A stretch of 64,000 bases of DNA from an uncultured Candidatus Rokubacteria bacterium (GCA_963747235.1 CAVVEU010000040.1:1-64000), one strand, 5' to 3'; numbered from the stretch's first letter, positions 31,526 to 41,313 are shown. Numbers and translations: made by a program. Notes: a model not told the origin generated them from the sequence alone.

Positions 31526-33532
31526 TTGTCCGAACCCACCGCTGTCCTGAGCCGGTTCCCGCGCGAGCGGACCTGGCTGCTCCCCGCGCTGCACGCGCTG
31601 CAGCATCGCGATCGCTGGCTCTCATCCGCGGCGCTCGAAGAGGCGGCGGACCATCTGCGGGTGCCGAAGACCGAGGTGTATGGCGTCGCGACCCACTATC
31701 CCGAGTTCCGGCTGACCGAGCCCGGGCGGCGCGTGGTCCGGGTCTGCGTGGGGCTCTCGTGCCGGGTGCGGGGCGGGCTCGACGTGCTCGCCGCGTGCGA
31801 GCGGCGCCTCGGCATCGCGGCGGGCTCGACAACCGCAGACGGCGCGGTGACGCTCGAGCGGCTCGACTGCGCGTTCGACTGCGCGATGGCGCCGGTGGTG
31901 GAGGTGGCGGGTGAACATCGCGGACGGGTGCAGGTAGCGGCCGTGGACGCACTGCTGGCCGCGCCCCCTCACCCTGCCCTCTCCCCCTCCGGGGGCGAGG
32001 GTTCCCTCGGTCTCCCTCTCCCCTCCAGGGAGCGGGCCGGGGTGAAGGGCGAGCTCACCCTGGTCGTCGGCTCCGGCACCTGCGGCCTCTCGGTCGGCGC
32101 GGCCGACACGCTGCGCGCCCTGCGCGACGAGATCGCGCGCCGCAATCTTGATGCGCGCGTCATCGCCGGCGGGTGCAATGGCATGTGCTGGGCCGCGCCG
32201 GTCGTCACCGTGCTGCGCGGCGACGAGGCTCCACGCGTCGTCCCGCGTGTGACCGCGGACCAGGCCGCCGCGCTGCTGAACACCGTGAACGCCGGCGTGC
32301 CACCCGAGCACGCCGACGTCACCGCGTTCCTGGCCGGCCAGCGGCGCGAGCTGATGAGCCGCTGCGGCATCACGGACCCCGGCGACATCGCCGACGCGAT
32401 CCGGCTCGGCTCCTACGAGACGCTAAAGCGCGCGCTGGCCGAGGCGCAGCCCGAGCGCATCATCGAGACCATCAAGCGCGCGGGGCTGCGCGGCCGCGGC
32501 GGCGCCTACTTCCAGGCCGCGCTCAAGTGGGAGGGCGCGCGCCGCGCAGCCGGCCCCATCAAGTACCTGATCGTCAACGGCGAGGAGGGCGAGCCCGGCA
32601 TCTTCAAGGACCGCCACCTCCTGGAGGGCGATCCCCACCGGCTCCTCGAGGGCGCGCTGCTGGCGGCTTACGCGGCCGGCGTGTCGCGCGTGATCCTCTA
32701 CATCCACGGCGAGGCGCATCTGGCCGCGCGTCACGTCGAGCGCGCGCTGGACCAGGCGCGCGCTTCAGGCTTCGTGGGCGAGCGCGTGCTCGGCAGCGAC
32801 TTCTCGGTCACGGCCGAGATCCGGCGCGGCGCGGGCGGGTTCGTACTGGGCGAGGAGACGGCCCTGATGGAGTCGCTCGAGGGCCGCCGCGCGATGCCGC
32901 GGCCGAAACCGCCGTTCCCGACTGAGTCGGGCGTCCACGGCCGGCCGACGGTCATCAACAATGTCGAGACGCTGTTCACGGTCCCGCTGATCCTCGGCCG
33001 CGGCGCCGAGTGGTGGACCGGGCTCGGCCGCGGCCATGGGACCAAGGTGTTCGGCCTCTCCGGCCACGTGGCGCGCCCCGGCGTGATCGAGGCGGAGCTC
33101 GGCCTGACGCTGCGCGATCTCCTGGACCGCATGGGTGGCGGCGCGCCGGATGGCCGGCCCGTGACCGCGGTGGCCCTCGGCGGGCCCTCGGGGATCCTCG
33201 TCCCGCCGCGCCGCTTCGATGAGCCGCTGGTGCCCGGCGGCAACCCGAATCCGGGCACCGGCGGCGTCGCAGCGCTGCACGCGGGGGTCCCGGTGGCCGA
33301 GGCGGTGCGCGTGCTGCTCGACTTCAACACACGCGAGTCCTGCGGCAAGTGCACGCCGTGCCGCGAGGGCACCGCGCGGCTGCGCGACATGCTCGATGGC
33401 CGCGCGCCGGTGAGCCAGCAGGCGGTCGCCGAGCTGGCCGACGTGGTGCGGGTGGCCTCGCTCTGCGGCCTTGGTCAGGCCGCGCCGCTCTCGATCCTGT
33501 CCGCGCTCGGCGAGTTCCCGGGCGAGGTCTAG
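31526..33532 (+). CDS. Fused NuoE-like / thioredoxin-like ferredoxin / NuoF-like NAD(H) diaphorase module
   Basis: NuoE C-x4-C...C-x3-C; second domain GTCG...GCNGMC; GLRGRGG, NGEEGEPG, GEETAL, ESCGKCTPCREG...SLCGLG. Confidence 0.88.
   Translation: MSEPTAVLSRFPRERTWLLPALHALQHRDRWLSSAALEEAADHLRVPKTEVYGVATHYPEFRLTEPGRRVVRVCVGLSCRVRGGLDVLAACERRLGIAAGSTTADGAVTLERLDCAFDCAMAPVVEVAGEHRGRVQVAAVDALLAAPPHPALSPSGGEGSLGLPLPSRERAGVKGELTLVVGSGTCGLSVGAADTLRALRDEIARRNLDARVIAGGCNGMCWAAPVVTVLRGDEAPRVVPRVTADQAAALLNTVNAGVPPEHADVTAFLAGQRRELMSRCGITDPGDIADAIRLGSYETLKRALAEAQPERIIETIKRAGLRGRGGAYFQAALKWEGARRAAGPIKYLIVNGEEGEPGIFKDRHLLEGDPHRLLEGALLAAYAAGVSRVILYIHGEAHLAARHVERALDQARASGFVGERVLGSDFSVTAEIRRGAGGFVLGEETALMESLEGRRAMPRPKPPFPTESGVHGRPTVINNVETLFTVPLILGRGAEWWTGLGRGHGTKVFGLSGHVARPGVIEAELGLTLRDLLDRMGGGAPDGRPVTAVALGGPSGILVPPRRFDEPLVPGGNPNPGTGGVAALHAGVPVAEAVRVLLDFNTRESCGKCTPCREGTARLRDMLDGRAPVSQQAVAELADVVRVASLCGLGQAAPLSILSALGEFPGEV
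31961..32049. repeat. REP-like palindromic doublet, copy inside the CDS
   Basis: CCCCTCACCCTGCCCTCTCCC-n-GGGCGAGGG unit followed by a degenerate inverted unit. Confidence 0.85.
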
Positions 33533-33548
33533 GCCGCTCACCCTTAGG

Positions 33549-33635
33549 CCCCTCACCCTGCCCTCTCCCCAGAGGGGAGAGGGTCTTCCGGGAACCCTCG
33601 CCCCCGGAGGGGGAGAGGGCAGGGTGAGGGGGCGC
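33549..33635. repeat. REP-like palindromic doublet between convergent genes
   Basis: Two inverted CCCCTCACCCTGCCCTCTCCCC...GAGGG units; 33590-33635 is the exact reverse complement of 31961-32006. Confidence 0.9.
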
Positions 33636-34787
33636 CTACGGCAGCGCGCGGGCGGGCTGGCCGATGTAGTCCGCGCGCGGCCGGATCAGCCGGTTGTCGG
33701 CGTACTGCTCCATGATGTGCCCGCACCAGCCCGCCACCCGCCCCACCGCGAAGATGGACGTGCAGAAGTCGGGCGGGATGCCGAGCGCGTCGTAGACCAC
33801 CGCGGAGAAGAAGTCCACGTTCACCGGCAGGCTGGTCCGCGCCTTCATCGCGTCGTAGAGCCGCTCCGCGACCTCGAAGAGCTTACCGCGCCCGGTGGCC
33901 TCCGCCATGGACTTGGCCATGCCGCGCAGCACCCGCGCCCGCGCGTCGTCCACCTTGTAGACGCGGTGGCCGAAGCCCGGCATGCGCGACTTGGGATTCG
34001 CGCGATCTCGCTTGGAGAGCCCGGCGCGAGCGCCGATCCGCGCTTCCACGAAGGCCTCGGCCCGCGGCGGCTCGGCGATCTCGAGCAGCATGGCCAGCAC
34101 GTCCTCGTTGGCGCCGCCGTGGCGCGGCCCCTTCAGCGTCGAGATGGCCGCGACCACCGCGGAGTGCATGTCCGCCACCGTGGCCACCGCCACGCGCGCC
34201 GCGAACGTCGAGGCGTTGAGCTCGTGGTCGGCGTGCAGCGTGAGGATCACGTCCAGGATGCGCGCGACCTCCGCGGACGGCTCCTTGCCGTCGAGCATGT
34301 AGAGGAAGTTCGCGGCGTGGGAGCCGTCGGGCCGCGCGGCCACCGGCTCGCGGCCGGTGCGGATGCGCTGCCAGGCCGCCACCGTGGCCGGCACCAGGTT
34401 CATCAGCCGGTAGGCCTTGCGCAGGTTGGCGGCGGGCTCGTCGGAGCGCACGTCCGGATCGGAGGCCGCGGCCAGCGACACCGCGGTGCGCAGCGCGTCC
34501 AGCGGGTGGCACTCCCGCGGGAGGCGGCGCAGCAGGTCGAGCACGGGCGGCGGCAGCGGCCGCGTCTCCGCGAGCCGCGCCGCGAACTCCGCGCGCTCGG
34601 CCGCCGACGGCAGCTCGCCGACCCAGAGCAGCCGTGTGGTGTCCTCGAAGCTGGCCGCCCCGACGAGGTCCGCGATCTCGTAGCCACGGTAGTAGAGGCG
34701 CCCGGCCTCCCCGTCCACCCGGCAGATCGCCGACCGCGCCGCGATGATGTCCTCGAGCCCGTCCTTGTACGCCGCCGTCGTCGTCAT
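33636..34787 (-). CDS. Citrate / 2-methylcitrate synthase
   Basis: GRLYYRGY, HADHELNASTF, GPRHGGAN, PGFGHRVY, PVNVDF, RVAGW. Confidence 0.93.
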   Translation of the reverse strand: MTTTAAYKDGLEDIIAARSAICRVDGEAGRLYYRGYEIADLVGAASFEDTTRLLWVGELPSAAERAEFAARLAETRPLPPPVLDLLRRLPRECHPLDALRTAVSLAAASDPDVRSDEPAANLRKAYRLMNLVPATVAAWQRIRTGREPVAARPDGSHAANFLYMLDGKEPSAEVARILDVILTLHADHELNASTFAARVAVATVADMHSAVVAAISTLKGPRHGGANEDVLAMLLEIAEPPRAEAFVEARIGARAGLSKRDRANPKSRMPGFGHRVYKVDDARARVLRGMAKSMAEATGRGKLFEVAERLYDAMKARTSLPVNVDFFSAVVYDALGIPPDFCTSIFAVGRVAGWCGHIMEQYADNRLIRPRADYIGQPARALP

Positions 34788-34805
34788 GGCCTTTGTCCTC
34801 CCTGG

Positions 34806-34831
34806 TTGATTATAGTTGATTTAGATTGATT
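34806..34831. promoter_or_regulatory. Three TTGATT direct repeats at exact 10-bp period (putative operator)
   Basis: TTGATT starts at 34806, 34816 and 34826 in an AT-rich patch between divergent genes. Confidence 0.65.
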
Positions 34832-34883
34832 AGACCAGACAGAGCCTGACAATGCCGGGCCGGGGGGCGGGGGGACTGCTAGC

Positions 34884-35162
34884 ATGGGGGCCATGGTGGT
34901 GATCGACGGGGACGAGTACCTGACGGGGGACGAGGCGGCGGGCCTGCTCGGGGTGAAGCGCGAGACGCTCTACGCCTACGTGAGCCGCGGGATGCTGAAG
35001 AGCTACCGCCAGGGCATCAAGCGCCAGCGCCTCTACCGGCGCGCCGAGATCGAGGCCCTGGTCCGCCTGGCCCCCTCGATCGCGGTGGATCCGCCCGCTC
35101 CCGAGGGACGCGGCGCCCAGCCGGTCGAAGTGCCGCTCGCCGAGTCCTGGATCAGGGACTAA
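34884..35162 (+). CDS. Excisionase/MerR-like HTH (HTH_17) small regulator
   Basis: YLTGDEAAGLLGVKRETLYAYVSRG...RLYRRAEIE. Confidence 0.85.
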   Translation: MGAMVVIDGDEYLTGDEAAGLLGVKRETLYAYVSRGMLKSYRQGIKRQRLYRRAEIEALVRLAPSIAVDPPAPEGRGAQPVEVPLAESWIRD

Positions 35163-35176
35163 CCAGCGATTCCAGA

Positions 35177-35695
35177 GTGTTCGCCGGCTCGCCGCCGATC
35201 ACGATTCGCGACGCCGACGAGCGTGATCTGCCGGCCATCGTGGCGATCTTCAACGTCGAGATCGCGGAATCGGCCTATGTCTACGTCGAGGCGCCGCTCA
35301 CACTCGACGACCGCCGCCCGTGGCTTCAGATGCACCGGTCGGCCGCCTTGCCCGTGGTGGTCGCCACCGACCCGGGCGACGCGACCGAGGTCCTTGGCTG
35401 GGCGGCGCTCTCTCCATACCGGCCGGCGACCGGCTACCGGTTCACGCTGGAAGCGAGCGTGTATGTCGCTCGCGCGTCGCACGGTCGCGGCATCGGGCGC
35501 CGACTGCTGGGGGCCCTCGACGGAGCGGCGCAGGCGCGCGGAGCGCACGCGATCGTCGCGAGCATCGACAGCGAGAACGCGCCGAGCATCGCGCTGTTCG
35601 AGCGGTTCGGCTACGCCGAGGCCGCGCGGCTGACGGAGGTCGGCCGGAAGTTCGACCGGTGGCGGACCCAGCTGTTGCTGCTCAAGGTGTTCTGA
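35177..35695 (+). CDS. GNAT N-acetyltransferase (phosphinothricin acetyltransferase-like)
   Basis: DLPAIVAIFN, EASVYV...GRGIG, NAPSIALFERFGY, VGRKF. Confidence 0.88.
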   Translation: MFAGSPPITIRDADERDLPAIVAIFNVEIAESAYVYVEAPLTLDDRRPWLQMHRSAALPVVVATDPGDATEVLGWAALSPYRPATGYRFTLEASVYVARASHGRGIGRRLLGALDGAAQARGAHAIVASIDSENAPSIALFERFGYAEAARLTEVGRKFDRWRTQLLLLKVF

Positions 35696-35714
35696 CCCCG
35701 GCCGGGCCAGAACC

Positions 35715-35915
35715 TCAGGCCTGGAAGGCGGCCAGGGCCTCCTGGAGCCGCTCGGCCTCCGGGTCCTCCGCGTAGACCGAGCGGGCGAAGCGCGCCCCGC
35801 ACGGGCAGATGACGGCCAGACGAAATCCCCGATCGATCGGCTTGGTGGCGCCGCGCAGCACACCACACTCTCGATGCGTCAGGACGAAGCCTCGCAGCTC
35901 GGCGTAGACACCCAT
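35715..35915 (-). CDS. Small hypothetical protein with HxxC...CxC putative Zn site (66 aa)
   Basis: MGVYAELRGFVLTHRECG...ICPCGARF at the 3' end of ORF 35715..38453. Confidence 0.6.
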   Translation of the reverse strand: MGVYAELRGFVLTHRECGVLRGATKPIDRGFRLAVICPCGARFARSVYAEDPEAERLQEALAAFQA

Positions 35916-36002
35916 GGTGGTCGGTAGAGTAACAAACCCGGAGGGTCGCGGCACGGGGCGGCGTGTAGAATAGGCTCCCGATCGGGACTGATGGGGTCTC
36001 CG

Positions 36003-38690
36003 ATGAACGCCACCACCGTACACGTCACCGTCGACGAATCCGCGGTCGAGGTACCCGAGGGCGCCACCGTCCTGGATGCCGTGAATCGCCTCGGCGTCGC
36101 GCTGCCCCAGCTCTGCAAGGACCCGGACCGCGCGCCGCTCGGCGCCTGCCGTACCTGTCTCGTCCACGTCGAGGGCCAGCGCGGGGTGCCGGCGGCCTGT
36201 CACCTGCCCGCGCGCGACGGGATGGTCGTCAGCACGGTCCACCCCGAGGCGGTGCGCGTGCGCCGAGCGGTGCTCGATCTCACGCTCTCGATGCTCACGC
36301 CGTCCACGGCCCGCGACGGCTTCGGACAGCTCGGCGCCGCCGCGGCCCGCCACGATCTGCCCCGCGCCCGCCACGCCGCCCACCACCGGTTCGAGACCGA
36401 CGCGTCCAAGTCCTTCTTCGTGCTCGACCGCGAGGCGTGCATCCTGTGCGGCCGCTGCACGGTGGCCTGCGGCGACGTCCAGCTCATCGGCGCCATCTCG
36501 CTGGCCGGCCGCGGCCACGATGCGCGCGTCGGCGTCTTCGGCGACGGCGCCATGGCGTCCTCGGTCTGCACCTCGTGCGGCCAGTGCGTCGCCACCTGCC
36601 CCACCGGAGCGCTGCGACCCAAGGAGACCCCCTCGCCCATCGTCCGAGAAGTCGAGACCACGTGCCCCTACTGCGGCGTGGGCTGCGGCATCACGCTCCG
36701 GGTGCGCGGCGACGGGCGGCTCTCGGTCATGGCCGACGACGTGCCCGCCAACGGCTCGAGCCGCGGCACGCTCTGCGTGAAGGGCCGCTTCGCCACCGGC
36801 TTCGTCCACTCCAAGGACCGCATCACCACGCCGCTCATCAAGCGGGACGGCCGCTGGCACGAGGCGAGCTGGGACGAGGCGCTCGACGCCGCCGCCGACG
36901 GGCTGGCCCGCAACCGCGGCCACTTCGGCGCGCTCGCCTCCGCCAAGGCCACCAACGAGGACGGCTACGTCATCCAGAAGCTCACCCGCGTGGTGATGGG
37001 CACCAACAACGTGGACCACTGCACGCGGCTCTGCCACTCGCCCTCGGTGGAGGCCATGCTGATCTCGATGGGCTCGGGCGCCACCTCGAACTCCTACCAG
37101 GACTACGAGGAGGCGGGCTGCCTCATGGTGGTGGGCGCGGACGCCTCCGCCAACCACCCGGTCATCGCGATCCGCTTCCGCCGCGCGGTGGCGCGCGGGG
37201 CGCGCCTCATCGTGGTGAACCCCAAGCGCGTGGACCTCTGCGACCAGGCCGATCTCTGGATCCGCCAGAAGCCGGGCACCGACGTGGCCCTCTTCAACGC
37301 GATGGCGCGCGTGATCCTGGACGAGGGCCTCGCCGATCTCGACTTCATCCGCTCGCGCACCGAGGGCTTCGACGCGTGGGTCCAGGCGCTCGAGCCCTAC
37401 ACGCTCGAGCACGCCGAGGCGATCACCGGCGTGGCGCGCGCCGACATCGCGCAGGCCGCCCGCTGGTACGCGCGGCCGCCGTTCGCGGGCTCGTGCCTGA
37501 TCTGGGGCATGGGCATCACCCAGCACATCAACGGCACCGCCAACGCCCACGCGGTGCTCAACCTCTCGCTGGCCGCCGGCCAGATGGGCTTCCCGGGCTC
37601 CGGGATCTCCCCGCTCCGCGGCCAGAACAACGTGCAGGGCGCCGGCGACGCGGGGTGCATCCCGACCAACCTGCCCGGCTACGCGGGCTACGGCGCGGGC
37701 GACCTCGACCGCTTCGAGCGGGCCTGGGGCGTCCGGCCGCCGGACGAGCAGGGCCTGGTCGTGACCGAGATGGTGGAGGGCTGCCTCGACGGGCGCGTGC
37801 GGGCCATGTACGTGGTCGGCGAGAACCCGCTGCTCTCCGAGCCCGATCTCCACCACGCCGAGAAGGCCATCGAGCAGCTCGACTTCCTCGTGGTGCAGGA
37901 CCTCTTCATGCACGAGACCGCCGAGCGCGCCCACGTGTTCCTGCCCGCCGCGGCCTTCGCCGAGAAGGACGGGACCTTCACCAACTCCGAGCGGCGCGTG
38001 CAGCGCATCCGGAAGGCCATCGACCCGCCGGGCCAGGCGCGGGCCGACTGGTGGATCGCCTGCGAGCTGGCCAAGCGCACCGCGCGGCGCCTCGGGACCA
38101 CCGTGACCGGCTTCGACTACCAGCACCCGTCCGAGATCTTCGACGAGATGGCGAGCCTCTGGCCGAGCGTGCGCGGCATGACCTACGCGCGGCTCGAAGG
38201 CGGCGGGCTGCAGTGGCCCTGCCCGAGCGCCGAGCACCCCGGCACCCGCTACCTCTACGGCGAGTCGTTCCCCCGCGGCAAGGGACGCTTCGTGCCGGTG
38301 GCCCAGACCGCCACCGCCGCGGAGCTGCCGGATCCGGACTACCCCTTCCTGCTCAATACCGGCCGGCTGCTCTACCACTGGCACGGCGGCACCATGACCC
38401 GCCGGGTCCAGGGCCTGCTCGAGCTGGCCCCGCGGCTCGAGGTCGCCCTGCACCCGAGCGACGCGCAGCGCCTGGGCGTGGGCGACGGGGCGCCCCTGCG
38501 CGTGGTCTCCCGGCGGGGCGAGCTGACCGCCTACGCGCGCCTGACGGAGGCGGTGCGGCCGGGCGCGGTGTTCGTCCCCTTCGTGAAGCTCGCCGACTCG
38601 GCGGCCAACTTTCTCACCAACGCGGCCTTCGACCCCTCCGCCAAGATCCCGGAATACAAGGTCTGCGCGGTCCGCATCGAGCGGATCTGA
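36003..38690 (+). CDS. fdhF: Formate dehydrogenase alpha subunit (FdhF/FdsA type, Cys ligand)
   Basis: N-terminal 2Fe-2S and 4Fe-4S motifs, TCPYCGVGC...CVKG, DHCTRLCH, LRGQNNVQG, EKDGTFTNSERR, IPEYKVCAV. Confidence 0.92.
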   Translation: MNATTVHVTVDESAVEVPEGATVLDAVNRLGVALPQLCKDPDRAPLGACRTCLVHVEGQRGVPAACHLPARDGMVVSTVHPEAVRVRRAVLDLTLSMLTPSTARDGFGQLGAAAARHDLPRARHAAHHRFETDASKSFFVLDREACILCGRCTVACGDVQLIGAISLAGRGHDARVGVFGDGAMASSVCTSCGQCVATCPTGALRPKETPSPIVREVETTCPYCGVGCGITLRVRGDGRLSVMADDVPANGSSRGTLCVKGRFATGFVHSKDRITTPLIKRDGRWHEASWDEALDAAADGLARNRGHFGALASAKATNEDGYVIQKLTRVVMGTNNVDHCTRLCHSPSVEAMLISMGSGATSNSYQDYEEAGCLMVVGADASANHPVIAIRFRRAVARGARLIVVNPKRVDLCDQADLWIRQKPGTDVALFNAMARVILDEGLADLDFIRSRTEGFDAWVQALEPYTLEHAEAITGVARADIAQAARWYARPPFAGSCLIWGMGITQHINGTANAHAVLNLSLAAGQMGFPGSGISPLRGQNNVQGAGDAGCIPTNLPGYAGYGAGDLDRFERAWGVRPPDEQGLVVTEMVEGCLDGRVRAMYVVGENPLLSEPDLHHAEKAIEQLDFLVVQDLFMHETAERAHVFLPAAAFAEKDGTFTNSERRVQRIRKAIDPPGQARADWWIACELAKRTARRLGTTVTGFDYQHPSEIFDEMASLWPSVRGMTYARLEGGGLQWPCPSAEHPGTRYLYGESFPRGKGRFVPVAQTATAAELPDPDYPFLLNTGRLLYHWHGGTMTRRVQGLLELAPRLEVALHPSDAQRLGVGDGAPLRVVSRRGELTAYARLTEAVRPGAVFVPFVKLADSAANFLTNAAFDPSAKIPEYKVCAVRIERI

Positions 38691-38711
38691 TACACTCCCG
38701 CTCCCAACCTC

Positions 38712-39569
38712 TCAGGCGGGCGCGGTGGCTTCGCTCAGGAACGCATCCAGCACCGTGGCGAAAGGCAGTGGCGCATCGAGCACCAGATGATGATACGTGC
38801 CGGCAATCTCCACCAGGCGGGCCCGAGGCAGGCGCGCGAGCATGTCCGCCGCCATCTCGCGGGGCAGGATCGGCGAGTGCTCGCCGCGCACGAGCAGGGT
38901 GGGCGCGGTGATGCGCTCGAGCAGGCTCCAGCCGTCGGTGGGTCGGCGCCGGCCATTGGACGCCGGGTCGAAGCGGTAGAGGAAGCGGCCGTCTCGCTCG
39001 GCGATGCCCTGGCGGGCCAGGTGCTCCAGCAGGCGCGGATCGGCCACCGTCTCGCGCGGCAGCAGGCGGAAGCTCTTGAGCGCGGAGTCGAGCGTCTCGT
39101 GACGCATGGGCCCGCGATCGCCCCGCCGGTGCATGGTCTGCAGCCGCTCGGCCGGGATCGAGGGCCGGCTGTCCACCACGACCAGCCGCTCGGTCCGATC
39201 CGGATGCCAGGCCGCGAAGCCGATGGCGTTGTGGCCGCCCATCGAGTGGCCGATCACGGTCATCCGCACCCAGCCCATGGCGTCGGCCACGCCGACCAGA
39301 TCGCCCACGAAGTCCTCGGTGGCGTAGGCGGGCTCGGGCGCCCACTCGCTGGCGCCGTGGCCCCGCTGGTCGAGCGAGAGCACGTGGAAGCGGCCGGCGA
39401 AGGTGGCCACGACGCCATCGAACCAGTGGGCGTGCGCCGAGCCCCCGTGCAGGAAGCAGAGGGCCGGACGGCCGGGCTCGCCCCATTCCAGGGCGTTCAG
39501 GGTCAGCCCGCCGACCTTGAGGGCTCGGGTCCGGGCGGTCTCGCAGGCGAAATGGGTGGGGTCGGTCAT
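38712..39569 (-). CDS. Alpha/beta-fold hydrolase
   Basis: FLHGG, DQRGHG, GHSMGG nucleophile elbow, C-terminal His. Confidence 0.9.
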   Translation of the reverse strand: MTDPTHFACETARTRALKVGGLTLNALEWGEPGRPALCFLHGGSAHAHWFDGVVATFAGRFHVLSLDQRGHGASEWAPEPAYATEDFVGDLVGVADAMGWVRMTVIGHSMGGHNAIGFAAWHPDRTERLVVVDSRPSIPAERLQTMHRRGDRGPMRHETLDSALKSFRLLPRETVADPRLLEHLARQGIAERDGRFLYRFDPASNGRRRPTDGWSLLERITAPTLLVRGEHSPILPREMAADMLARLPRARLVEIAGTYHHLVLDAPLPFATVLDAFLSEATAPA

Positions 39570-39709
39570 GCGCCGCATTGTACCGAGGCCCTCGCGATTG
39601 TGACCATTCCGCGTTGTCACCTGGCGGACTTTGTCAGCAGGTGGACGCCGGCCGGTCCGGGCCTAGATCGGGGGGACCACGTTTTCAGTCACTTGCCGGG
39701 ACGGGGGAA

Positions 39710-39725
39710 TGGCAAGCGGGTTGCT
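39710..39725 (+). promoter_or_regulatory. Sigma-54 (-24/-12) promoter
   Basis: TGGCAAGCGGGTTGCT fits TGGCAC-N5-TTGCW with GG-N10-GC spacing, ~70 nt before the ATG at 39798. Confidence 0.65.
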
Positions 39726-39797
39726 CATAACTCGCGTGCACATTCGCAATTCGCTTGGTCGCACGAACCCCTTACCCGAATAATCTGAGACCGAACA

Positions 39798-41311
39798 ATG
39801 GACCATAACGCCTCTCCCCGCTCGCTCTCCTGGACCTCGCTCGTCGTCCTGACCGTGCTGGCGGCCTTCGTCGAGGCCATGATCCTGTTCCCCTCGACGC
39901 TCTTCCCGACGACGCGCTTCGCGGCCGCGCTCTCGTGGGACGCAAGCCAGCACGACTTCCCGTCGCCGGAACGGCCGGCCACCGAGACGCCGACGACGCT
40001 GGACGCCAGCCCATCCGAGACCGTGGCACCGGCAACGGCGCCGACGCAGACTCCGGCGCCGGCGGCCCGTCGCGGCGATCCAGCGCCCGATCACCGGCCG
40101 CGTGCTCGATGCCGCCACGGGCGCTCCGCTGCGCGGAACCTCCATCTGGTCGGGCCCGACGGAGATCGTCACGCAATGCCGACGGTCGCTTCACCACCGG
40201 GCCGGTCGATCCGGGCGCCACGGTCTGGGTGAAGGCGCCGGGCTACGCGCGCAAAAAGCTCATCGGCGGCGAAGCCATGGACGTCACCATCAAGCTCGCG
40301 CCGCATCCGATCCGCGCCGCGTACCTCACGTACTACGGCGTGGCCGACCGCGGGATCCGCCAGCGCGTGCTCGATCTCGTGGAGCGTACCGAGCTCAACG
40401 CGGTGGTCATCGACGTCAAGGGCGATCGCGGCCTGATTCCCTATCGCACCTCGGTCCAGGCCGCGATCGACGCGGGCGCGCAGGGACCGGTCATCATCAA
40501 GGACTTCGACGAACAGCTCGCGGCCTGGAAGGCGCAGGGCATCTACACCATCGCCCGGATCGTGGCCTTCAAGGACAACCTGCGCGCCACGACCCGGCCC
40601 GACCTGGCCGTCATCGACACCCGCACCGGCAAGCCGTGGATCGACCGCGAGAACCTGGCGTGGGTGGATCCGTTCCGCGAGGAGAACTGGGACTACATCA
40701 TCGCGGTGGCGAAGGAAGCGGCGCTCAAGGGCTTCGACGAGATCCAGTTCGACTACGTGCGCTTCCCCACCGACGGCAAGCTGGCCGCCGCGCGCTATTC
40801 CCAGCCCAACTCCGCGGCCACCCGGCTGCCCGCCATCGCGGCCTTCCTGGCCAAGGCTCGGCGCGAGCTCGGACCGACCGGCGTGTTCCTGGGCGCGGAC
40901 ATCTTCGGCTACACCGCCTTCAACGCGAACGACACCGACATCGGGCAGCGCATCGAGGAGCTCTCGGTGAGCCTCGACTACATCTGCCCGATGGTGTACC
41001 CGTCGGGCTATCACCTGGGCATCCCGGGCGTCCGGAACCCGGTGCTGAACCCCTACGAGATCGTCAAGGAGAGCGTCCGGCTGACCCGCCAGCGCTCCCA
41101 GAATCCGGGCGCGCAGGTGCGGCCGTGGCTGCAGGACTTCAAGGACTACGCGTTCGACAAGCGGATCTTCGGCCCCGGCGAGGTGCGCGCGCAGATCCGT
41201 GGCAGCGACGACGGCGGCGGCTCCGGCTGGATGTTGTGGAACCCGAAGAACGACTACACGGGCGCCGCGCTCCGTCCCAAGACCTCCGCCATCTCCAAGT
41301 CGTCCCAGTAG
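39798..41311 (+). CDS. Putative glycoside hydrolase (DUF4015-like TIM barrel) with TM anchor and beta-sandwich; frameshifted in the 5' part
   Basis: TELNAVVIDVK, IARIVAFKD, GFDEIQFDYVRFP, PMVYPS, RPWLQDF, GWMLWN. Confidence 0.8.
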
Positions 41312-41313
41312 CC

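Noticed and set aside
37015-37045. Selenocysteine in formate dehydrogenase
   Set aside because: The ligand codon is TGC (RLCH); no in-frame TGA
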